Positions 1-12,100 of a DNA stretch of 64,000 nt are shown here, in pieces. The translations under genes and the position numbers were made by a program. Origin of the DNA: Antedon mediterranea. Taxonomy: Eukaryota > Animalia > Echinodermata. Below the pieces are notes generated by a model that was not told the DNA's origin, did not search any database, and saw nothing but the letters and a program-made list of their open reading frames with translations. Each line of letters opens with the position of its first letter. Position 1 is the stretch's first letter. The stretch lies in NCBI RefSeq assembly GCF_964355755.1, contig NC_092678.1, forward strand, positions 18,369,365 to 18,433,364, given 5' to 3'.

Positions 1-103
1 ATCTGCGCGTTACAAACAACTTTAGTTACATGAGAACCTTATTTCTGAAAAATGTAACAAAATATATGTAACATACTGCTACATATATCTATTTTTTTAT
101 TAG

Positions 104-149
104 GAGGCTTTGATACTAAAAGTAGAATCACTGAAAAAAACAGTTACAG
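104..149 (+). CDS. GRIPAP1: GRIPAP1 exon (EALILKVESLKKTVT)
   Basis: ttattag| ... ACAG|gtgag; phase 1 end matches the next exon. Confidence 0.7.
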
Positions 150-3100
150 GTGAGAAAAGTATTTGTTGTTTCATCAAAAGAATGTAAGGCATCATGTCAA
201 AAATATTCTGCTGCAGTTACTGCAGTAACTACATTTCATTTACCTTTTACACTGTGTAATTAGCAACATTATATTTTTTAATCATTATGCACACTGTTTA
301 TTGCGGTGACTTCATTAATTTCTACCTTGAATCAAACTAAAATCAAACTTTATTGCAGGAAAAAAATTTACAGTAGGTACTGCAGTAACTGCAGTAGTAT
401 TTTTAACATGGTTTCTGAGAATTAAGACATTTTTAAAAATCTTTTGTGGTTAACCACCACCTTTATTTGTTCAATGTTTCATAAACTCCACTCCCAAAGA
501 CTTAATAATAAGTCTTTGTTTATATAGAGCATCTTGTGTATATGCTTGTCTTGTGAATGGGATTGCCACCTTTGAGAAGGATAGTGAATGAATTCACTTG
601 TGGTAATTCTTGGAAATTTGCCTAAAATGAGAATAAAAAAAATATACTATAGACCTATGAATTTAAATTATTTATAAGTTTTATTTAATGTTTTATTTTT
701 CAGAATCACAACTTAAATTAGACACAGAATCAGAAGAAAATAGGCTACTTAAAGAACAACTTCAACAACTACAGGTAAAAATTATTATTTAAATTTGTTA
801 TTTATTTTTATCTTCTTTATGCATGCTAGGCCCACCTAAGATTTTAACTTGTTGCAAATCAGCCATCATGGTGGTTTGAAGCCCTGCACCGTTTTTAGCC
901 ACTGACCTATATGCCTGTCCCTTGTAAGCCTGACAGTACCATATACTGTACTGTAAAACAATAATATTTTATATTGAACATTTGTTGTTGTCGTTGTGGA
1001 CTGGCACTGGTTGGTGGCAACACTCGACATGAAGAGACCCTTAAGGGAGTAGAAAGTTGTGCTATGTGTTGTCCACACCTGCTGCGCAATTCAGCCAAGT
1101 AAGCAGGTTGTTCCCCCATTTACATTTACATAACATTTTGAAAATAAGATATGTTTTTTTTATATAGGATTCACACAAGTCAGAAACAACTAACAAATCA
1201 GATGAACTGAATAAGGTTTGTGAAACGATGTTTTAAACTCATTTAATGTTCTGCTTTTGTGAAGTTAATGAAAAATAGTGGAACCCACCTCTCAAAAGGT
1301 GTATTTTAGGCAAGCCTACTTGTTGTGACAACAAAATATGATGTCTCCATACATATCACTGTCATATTTAAGCATATCACTACCGTTTTTGTGCACATGA
1401 CACTTTTTTTGTCAAACTAGTTTGATAGTGTAGACAGAACTTAAAACTGGCAGCAAAATGTACATTAGCTTGTGTGCAAGTAGTGAAGTGTTTAATCTTG
1501 CTGTTCTGTTTCATGTCAAATGTTAAGTTTATATGGTTTGTGGTGTTAGTAATATAGATTTTTAATTTATCAATTACAAAATCTTAACAAGTATACGTTT
1601 GCAATTTTGTTTAGCTTTCTGAGAAGGTCAAGAAAAAACAAGAAAGGTAAGTTAAGGATACAATATGCATTTAGAAACATGAATACATTTTCATAAATTT
1701 CATATTCAGCCAGCTACTCAACAAAAACACCCCATATAACTTCTCAATTAATAACTATCCCTTTTTTATGGGAGGGGTTAGTTGTTCAGGAGTTAGTTGC
1801 CCTTGTGTTACATATTCTACATGGGACAAGCTATGCAGGTTTCTGCTTACCGTACCACTCGTCTGTGTAAATTGGCCTAAAGTTGTTAATATTATGATCT
1901 TCCAGTCCAGTTCTTTACATTGTATTAAAAGAATAAAACAATTTTATAAACATGCATACATTGAAAATATATGTATATTACGCTCCTCTACTTTCTGCTA
2001 TATACATATATAGTATGTTGTTTTGTAGAGCACTCTTCAGTTCGAAACGGTGCATTTTTGTTGTGAATACTATTAGCATTTTGCAAAGCACGCTTGTTAA
2101 GCTTGTGCACTCTTTGTGTTCATAATCAGTGTACCATGTCCCACATACCTGGCTCAGCCTATATATTGTGCCAGTTCTGCAGTAAATGTCATTTCGAAAC
2201 CTGAGCTGCACTGACGAGATCTAATAAGATTGAAACAGTACTGTCTGCAGATTGGAGATGATAATAATTGTAGTTGATAATACAATAACCCCAAGTTTAT
2301 TTTTACAGTATCATTCAACTTCAGAATGAAAGAGAAGATTTGTATAATGACATGAAGTAAGTATTCCTGCACACTACACTGCCGTCTATGGCCAGACCAT
2401 TTGTGATGTGGTATCAGAGCCAGTTCACTGAATCACAGTAATAGCCTAGTCTAGTTTTCCAAAAAAGTGTAATGTCAAAACTTAGTAATCTAAAATCTCT
2501 AATCAGTCTGGACCATGTAAGGATGACTAAAATGAATGGATGACTAGTTGGGAACATTACAGCTTGTTGGTCATACCCAGTTCCAGTATGATACCAAGGT
2601 TAAAGGCCTGTCATATGTCAGATTTTTTTCTAATGACAAATTTCAACTCTACTCCCAAAGACTTTGTTTATGTAGAGCATCTTGTGTATATATTTGTCTT
2701 GTGAACAGGATTGCCCCCTTTAAGGGCCTGTTCAGACCTACGGAGTTATTCTTTCGTATTGTACGCGGCGTACAAGTCGATAGGTCTGAACCAGGAAAAG
2801 ATTAGTGGAAGCCACCTTGTACGACACTGATATTTCGTACGCTACGAAAGCTCAAGGTATGAGTTCAGTGGACGTCGCTTACAATACGAAAGTCACGCAT
2901 CGATGAATATGACCTAGGTTAGATATCTAGCCAATCAAATTACAATATTCGCCACATCACATCGTGACATGTGCTCCTCATCGTATAGCCAAGCTGATCC
3001 ATTTGTTGTGATCGGTGAACGTGCGAAAAAATCATACCTTTTGTTGTTACACTATACAGTATTATTATTATTAATATTATATTAATTAATTTAAAATGTC

Positions 3101-6100
3101 ATCGAAGCGTGCGCATTGACGAGAACCGAAGTAAAATACCTTATTTCATTGTGGGGAAGCCCTGAGTTCAGAGATCGGTTGGAAGTGAAAAACTGGCATA
3201 AAAGCACCGGCAACAAGATGTCTGTGTTCAACGAGATGGCGGACACGTTTGCAGATGGGCCATCCTCATAAAGAAGGATTTAATATCCAAACAAAATTGA
3301 AGGGGTCGTCGTATAAAGCGGCGAAAGACCGAGTAAATAAATCTGGAGCCGGTGCAAGTACGGGATTTGAACATTTTTCTGCCATAAATGATATTTTAGT
3401 TCATAGACCAAATATAAACCCAAACCCTAAAACGATCGGCTGGTTGGTATGCCTGACAACCAATCGATAATGCCGAGCCCAAGTGTTCGGTCTAGGCCTG
3501 TAACTCCTAAACCAAAAAAAAAAACCAACCAGTACTACTATTAATAACAACGAAGGTAGGTCTATGCGTGCGTTAGAGTTTGGTTAATCACCAGCGAGTG
3601 ACATCATATCCGTTTGTAACGCAACATCGTTGCAATGAATCTGAACACTTTGCTCTTACGACGCTCATTAAAATATGACCTTGGCTGTGATACGAAAGCA
3701 TAACTCCGTAGGTCTGAACATACCCTAAGAAGGATCGTGAATGAATTTGCTTATGGCTATTCCTGGCAATTTGCCTAAATATAAAAACAAAAAAAAGTTT
3801 GCAAAAATACCTCACAATACTCGATCAACCACATCAATTTATTTTCACATTACAGAAAAAAGTTAGATGATTTACAGGAATCAAAAGATAAAGAGGTTAC
3901 AGTAAGTTGAACAATGTATCTTATTTATGATGGCTGTAGAAAAATACGGTCTGTTACCATTTCTTGAAACTTTCCACTGTTTGTGGTGGTTCTTGCCTGC
4001 AGATCCCTGTGTCAACTTGTGTGGTTAGTTCAACAAAAGTTCAGTGTGAATGATGCTTGGTTCCCACTAGAACGCAACACAAGGTATTAAGTGATTTTAC
4101 CAATAACATGTGATTATTTGAACTGTTACTTGTCTAATTGATTGCATTGCGCTTACATCCTTGCGTTGCTTCCTAGTGGGAACCAAGCTTTAGGTTTTAT
4201 TCAAAAAAGCATATTCATGTGTGATGATTTATCACATATTAGTTACCGATCGTTTTCACAACCTGCCGTGCTAGCAGCCTTACACGCTCATAAGTTTTTG
4301 ACTCAACAGCAGCATGGAAAGCAAAAAGTCCCTATAATTGTTGAACGCAATTGCTGTCATTTAATTAATAATTAATTTTTTAGGAATTGAATGAACAGAA
4401 AAATAGAATACAAATTCAACTAGCCAAGTCAGATAAGGTAAATAAATTTAAATTTTGTTGATAATATTTGTCTTCATTTGCTAATTCATAAATCAAGGAT
4501 TTTTCCAGTTTTTCTATTTCTCATTATTGATATTATTGTTTATTACTTATCATTTTTTGTTAGACATTGACTGCATACCAAGAAAAAATACAAGTTTTAG
4601 AAAACAGTATAGCAACATTAAATGATCAGGTATTGTGAATGGTTGTTAATTTACAGAATGTAAGTAATGAAAATATGAGACATAAAGCCATGGCTGCCAA
4701 ATGAGAAAAAAATTGGTTACAGAATAACGCTACTTTCACACAGCAACGTCTAATCAGTTTAGTGAAAGGGAACTTGTATGAATGTAGCCGAACCTTTACA
4801 ATAGATTTGGTTTTCTAAGTAAATCAGTTTATGCTGCACCTTGCAGACAGAATAGCCTTTCCACTTGTCAAATCCCAGTTTGCCAAATCTAGCTTGCCTA
4901 AAACACTGATTGAGTGACTTTTCTTGTCCAGGAATGATCACCTCAGAATGAGTATTATCCCAGAGACATGGATCAGTAAATGTACAAATATCAATGTCAT
5001 GTTTCTCTCTCTCAATACCGGTTGGTATAACATATCTGGTTTTCCAGAAATGACAAAATCGCTTTTGGGGGAGTTTCTGGTTTTTTGAGAATCCGGTATT
5101 GAGAAACTCAACTGTATATATATAGTATTACTATTTGTGAGGGCGTGTGGCGCAGTGTGTTGGACGTTGGACTACTGATCGTGAGACCAAGGTTCGAATC
5201 CAACTCTCGTCGCATTGCTTGTATCTATAGGCAAGATACTTTACTTACGTTTGCCTCTCTCCACCCAGGTGTATAAATGGGTACCCGGTTAGATCAAGAC
5301 ACAACTTTGCACTGATTACTAGCTGCATTATGGAAGTATGTTTCCATACGTGTTTGATCCAAAAAAATGACTGGGGTAATAATGTTCAGCGCTTAGAGGT
5401 TTCATTACATTAGGCGCTTTATAAATCCAGGATATTATTATTTGCATGAGAAATTAATTCATAGAATAAAAAGTTAATTACTGTAAAATGCTAATAATAG
5501 ATTTGTGCTAACAATTACAAATACAAGTATTCTCTTAAATAGATCTTACCTTAAAATTAAACCATAAAAAAACTGTGCTCCTACTAAAAACTTTGCTTTC
5601 ATTTATAATATTTATTATATATTCTACCACATAAATTTGCATAACTGCTTATCATATTTTAACACCTGTGCACATTTGCATATTATGCTAATTAGGTAGT
5701 AGCACAAGGCTCCATCAACGTCGGTAAGATGGAGCAGATACAGACTGATAACAGCCGTCTTACAGCAGAGCTACAAGCCAGTCAACAGGTACTCATGTTA
5801 TATGCTAATTTATGCAAATTCTGTTTAAAATATTCTATTATAATATCTGCATATTTAAATGTAATAAAATGTTTCAATAGTATGACATTAGTCGTTGCAT
5901 GATGCTTATAACATCACTTATGTTTTATACACCAACTATTATAACTAGTGCATGGCATTCCAAACTATTAGTTTAGTATATTTACTGTGTACTACTAACT
6001 TTCTTTACAATATTTAGAATCATTTGTTTGTAGTTTGTAATTTTTAACTGTAATTTTTTTTATAACAATCTGAATTGTATGCCTTTTGGATTTTTCTTCT

Positions 6101-9100
6101 TTTTTACCTTCTTATATTAGGTGTTTTGTATTTGTTGTCTTGTATTGCCCTGCATATGTTTGGTCCTCCAAGCTGTGACCTGGGATGTTTTTGTTACATT
6201 CTCATGTTTTTTTTATGTGAAATAAAGGATGATTTTACTACTAGAAGAAAAATGAAACAGTTGTGGTAGCTATCAGTAATAACTCTTTCTATTGATATAA
6301 TTAAACAATTTTTTGTTTACCTTTAATTGTAGCTTCAGAATTCATCTCAGGAGGAAGTAAACAAATTAAAGGTTAGTTTATAACAAAGAATATTAACTAT
6401 GGATTAAATACAAATTCACCATAACAGTAGCATTTTTAATAGCTCCTATCAAAAGATGAAGGTGCTTACATCAGTAATATATTATCTATAGATGGTATAA
6501 TATCAATTGTCTAAACTTTGGATTTGACTTGCTTTTAATTGAAAATCACTTATACAAATTTAAAGACTATTATTGGCGTCACATGCCACATTCACCATTT
6601 TCTTGAAATGCAGTGGCCGTTTAAATTCTCTTCTCTTTAAGAGTTTATCCAGGATTCACACAAGCTCTATACTTATACCAGATTCACACATATATGTATG
6701 TACAACAGAACTGTAAAGTAGGCAGTTTGATCTATTCTAATGGCTAATCCTACCAAGTTTACAATGCTTTCACACGCTGTTTAATAAAATGTAATTCATA
6801 CGCATCCAGTGATTTATTATTCTCAAGCTAAAAGGGTGTTTTCTCAGTTCCAAAACCTTCTTCATTACAGGCTTATATAATTTCAGATTATGTCCACGGG
6901 TAATGCTATCCGTATAAAAAATATTGAAGAACTTCACTAAGATTGTCATGATGTATGTAAACAGTGTGTAAAATCTTAGAAAGATACATGCATATTCACA
7001 TACCGCTTTGTTTTGTATGTTGAGATTACTGAATTGTTACAGGATTTTACATCGATGTGACAAGAAAACACTTTTCACGTTGCTACAAAGGTAACCATTT
7101 TTTATATGTGATTCGGGTATAAGTGTGATTTATTTTCTGTAGGCATTGAACGCATCAATTAAAAACCAATTTGAAATTGAACAAGACAATAACAGTAAAC
7201 TCACAGCAGAGAAAACAGAACTACAGGGTCAAATATCTGAACTGGTAGCCTCAAATTCCAGACTTAGTGAAGAGATGAAAGGTATTCATAATGATAGAGA
7301 CAACCTTCATAAAGACTTGCAAGAGTCTAATAAGGTATGATCAATTGGCTTATAGATTAGCTAGAAGGTGAACTCGAATGGTTCTCCTTTTGGACTTAGT
7401 TCCCTCTGTAAGTAGTCTGCCCTCTAGCCAATTTATATTAGCTCATTGGGTTTGATATACTATGTTAAATTAAAGGACAATTTCTTATATTTTGTGAATG
7501 CGTACCTACTACTAATCATCAAATAATTTTCTGAGGTATCTGTGTGGTTTGGGAAATTGACCATTAACTATAACCACCTGTAATGCACTCTACCATTGTT
7601 AGATTAGGGTGGCAAGAATTATGTTGGGTGTTGGCTTGTATTTATTTACCTTACTGCCTTTATTTAATTTGAAATTACAATAATTTTTTTCTAATATTTT
7701 CTTTTAAAGATTGCAGACAACCGTAAGAGTATGTTAGATGATTTAGCAATTCAAATGCAAACAATTAAACAACAAAATACTCAGGAAATAGAAGCTTTAA
7801 CAAGTAAATATCAGGTATATATATTATTTTGCTAATTAAATTTAGTGGTAAAATGTTTAGTCTTAATTTTCTCCCTAAACAGAAGATCAGATCTCCGTTA
7901 GCAGAGACTTCTTTTTGTTCCTGAACCTAACCACATTTCTATGCTTCCCTCAAAAGTTCTGTCTAAACTAGTTTGACAAAAAAAGTTTGATGTGCCCAAA
8001 TATGGTAGTGATATGCCAAATATGGTAGTGATATGCCAAATATGGTAGTGATATGACAGTATCATGTCCATGTATGGACACATCAAATTTGTTGATAGTT
8101 TTGATAGTGTAGACAGAGCTTAAGAAGAATTTAGGGACATATAAAAATAAGCTATCAATATGGGTAATAGTTTGTTCTTAAAATGAATTATATAATTAAA
8201 ATCTAAATGCAATCAATCAATATAACATAGTGTAACTATAACTAAATTATTTTCAATATTTTTAATGTAGGATGAAATTGATGAACTAAATAAACTACAT
8301 GAGGTACTATATATTTGATTTTTTTTTTATTTACAATTTAAGTCTGTATACTTGTTACTCCTTACAATGTATTTCATGTCAATATAGCCTACATAGTCTT
8401 TCTTTGCACACTCTTCAAAAGATAGTCATGTTATGTCCTAATATTTCTTTATTATATATATACAGATTTCCTCCTAAGGATGATTAATTATTAAATGTAG
8501 TTAGTTAACTGCATTAGAACAATTTTGAAACGGTTCCTTATATAACAACATGGGTGTTAAAAGTACACTTTCATTGCAATTATTTAACCAAAATATACTT
8601 GTTTATTTATAGAAAGAAATTACAAAAGTTCAGGAGCAACTAAAAGGTGAAAAGGTATGTCTGTACTCCGTTGGCCTGTACTCTGTTGGCCTGTACTCCG
8701 TTGGCCTGTACTCCATTGGCCTGTACTCCATTTGCCTGTACTCCATTGGCCTGTATTCCATTGGCCTGTACTCCGTTGGCCTGTACTCTGTTGGCCTGTA
8801 CTCCGTTGGCCTGTACTCTATTGGCCTGTACTCCATTTACCTGTACTCCATTGGCCTGTACTCCGTTTGCCTGTACTCTGTTGGCCTGTACTCCATATGC
8901 CTGTACTCCATTGGCCTGTACTCCATTGGCCTGTACTCCATTTGCCTGTACTCCATTGGCCTGTACTCCATCTGCCTGTACTCCATTTGCCTGTACTCCG
9001 TTTTCCTGTACTCCATTGGCCTGTACTCTATTTGCCTCTACTCCATTTGCCTGTACTCCGTTGGCTTGTACTCCATTTACCTGTACTCCATCTGCCTGTA

Positions 9101-12100
9101 CTCCATTTGCCTGTACTCCATTGGCCTGTACTCCATTGGCCTGTACTCCATCTGCCTGTACTCCATTTGCCTGTACTCCATTGGCCTGTACTCCATTTGC
9201 CTGTACTCCATTGGCCTGTACTCTGTTGGCTTGTACTCCATTTGTCTGTACTCTGTTTGTCTGTACTCCATTGGCCTGTACTCCATTGGCCTGTACTCCA
9301 TTGGCTGTACTCTGTTTGTCTGTACTCCATTGGCCTGTACTCCATATGCATGTACTCCATTTACCTGTACTCCATATGCATGTACTCCATTTGCCTGTAC
9401 TCCATATGCATGTACTCCATTGGCCTGTACTCCATTGGCTGTACTCTGTTTGTCTGTACTCCATTGGCCTGTACTCCATATGCATGTACTCCACACATCC
9501 ACGTCAAACAGCGAAAATGGGACATTAAGTGTTCCGAGAGCCGTTTTCATTGTTTAAGTTAGCCGGAGCCTTTTTCGATTGGCTATAAATAGAAAGTTCC
9601 CGAGCATTTCGAGCGACGCGAGTTCTGACTTCCGTGTTTTATAGGCTGTCTAAATTTCCCTTTTAACGGATTTATATTAAATTATATTGTTGTTTGATTT
9701 ATTTCTGTTTATTAAGAACATTTATATTAAACAAAAACCACAACAATAGCAATTTTAGTTGATTATGGATTAATTGATTCGAATTCTAAGATAAACGTCT
9801 AAGCCAAATGTAAACGTAAACAAAGCGAGTCATACGGCGAAAACAAAAAAGTGAAAACTAACTAATCTGTTAAAATAGCTAACATTAATTTGCAATTTTT
9901 AAATGAAATTCTGAAAACGCTATAATATAGTCTTATATGCATTTTCAAAGATTTCCAAATATAAGCTTGGGGTTATTTTTCAAACAAATTCTATAAGGAG
10001 TTGAAGATAGTGTATTTTGAGCGAAAGTGCGGTGCGCGTAGGCCTAGGAAGACGCGGCAGGGCTGGAATACTCGTTTCCTTAGGCGACGAGAACGTCGGA
10101 AGATGCGCTCTATCACTGGGCTCTCGATTTTAGTTCTTGTTAAGTGGATGATGCAGAATCTTATAATATGGGCTTATAAATTTTAAAATAAAGTGCTGAA
10201 CTTTCATTTTTCTTAAAATTATGAAGATTAGTGTGAAGTGAGGACTGTCTGCATGCCTGAACGGTTGACTTGGTAAAATACTGAAAAATCAGTAAATTAG
10301 TTAGGCCTAGCTAGGCTAATTAATTAATGTACAGTATATAATGTCATTATTTTTATGAATAGAGCTAAACCTACTAGTAGGCTTACTAGTAATCTCATAA
10401 TAAATCTGTTAATGTCACCTGTCACTAACATATGATTTATTTAAGTACAGTATATGCTGAAAATGTTTACTTTTTATCGGAGCTAAAATGAAATTTCATG
10501 GTTCCCTGCTTTTTATTATAATAATGGAGCAATAAATGAAATACAAATACACACCAATTAACATTTTAACTTTTAATATTATCACAAATTTCACCTTAAA
10601 AATCAGACAACAAGTTTTCTACATCAACTTAGCTAACATCTTTTGTACTAAGCCTAATCTTCGAAAAGATTTTCTTTACTGTAGTACTGTAGGCCTATTA
10701 CCATTATTTATTTGCCGATTTGAAATGTACATTTAAACTTTATTAAACTACTGCACAACAACCAACCGCCACTTGAACCTTTAAATAAGTAAATTAGGAT
10801 AAGTTAAAGTTTTTAAAAAATAAAATGTCTTTTTGGCATGCAATACATCTATAGATATCCATTATTACAGTATTAATAGTGCTTTTTCACATTATATGCC
10901 AGAGCAATTAATATGACTCATAAGAAATTGTTGTTGATTTAATGCTATTTGTATTGAAGTATGTAGAACAATCCTCTGTGGTCTGTAAAAAAAAAACAAC
11001 ATTCAATTAATAATAATCATTATTTAATTATATTTGTATATTTTACTTATTTTCTTAGGCCTAAAAACGGTTCTAGGACACCTACCCCCTAGACAGTTAC
11101 CCCCCGGATGTTTACCACCCGGACAACTACCCCCTTAGGACAACTACCCCCCGGACAACTACCCCCCGGACAACTACCCCCTTAGGACAACTACCCCCTT
11201 AGGATAACAACCCCCCGGACAACTACCCCCCGGACAACCACCCCCTTAGGACAACTACCCCCTTAGGATAACTACCCCCCGGTCAACTACCCCCCGGTCA
11301 ACTACCCCCCGGCCAACTACCCCCCCCCCCCCCAATCCAAAAGTAGACAAATATATAGGACCGGTTTCTGTAAAAATGAAATCATCTGTTTTTAACGGGT
11401 GTTTCGAAACTAGAGACCCGAGACCAGAGACCTGACACGAGACCCAATACGAAAAGGGAGACCTATATTTGGGTCTCCCTTTTCGTATATTAGGGTCTCC
11501 CTTTTCGTATAGTGTGGTCTCTATTTTCGTATAGTGGGGTCTCCCTTTTCTTATAGTGGGTCTCCCTTTTCGTATATTTAGGTCTCCCATTTCGTATATT
11601 TGGGTCTCCCTTTTCGTATATTTGGTCTCCCTTTTCGTATATTTAGGTCTCCCTTTTCGTATATTAGGGTCTCCCTTTTCGTATAGTGGGGTCTCCCTTT
11701 TCGTATAGTGGGGTCTCCCTTTTCGTACGTGGGTCTCCCTTTTCGTATATTTAGGTCTCCCTTTTCGTATTGGGTCTCGGGTCTCTGGTCTCTGGTCTCG
11801 GGTCTCTAGTTTCGAAACACCCGTTTTTAACCGATTATTCTGTTTAACAGCACGCTAGACCCTAGATGTGCTAGATTTAAAGTACCGTATTTATTGAAAA
11901 AACGGCCTGGGCTGTTTATTGTTTAGGTGGTTTTTAGGTGGACATTTATTGGAAGAAAGTTGTTTATTCAATGGGAGGGGGTATAATCTAATGGAAATAG
12001 ACGCCGATTATTCCATATAATGTTTCATGGGAGTGACATGTTCACCGTTTATTTGAGGGGAATTTATTTAAAGATCGACGTTTATTCGGTGAGTGAACAT

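Noticed and set aside
5136-5215. tRNA genes here and at about 17560-17641 and 19620-19700
   Set aside because: The A/B boxes are SINE heads that run into SINE bodies; no complete cloverleaf.
8630-9562. Long repetitive ORFs (MEYRP, VQANG, CTPLA, WPVLH repeats), also at 13334-13791
   Set aside because: They are translations of a stop-poor 15-bp intronic minisatellite, open in several frames on both strands.
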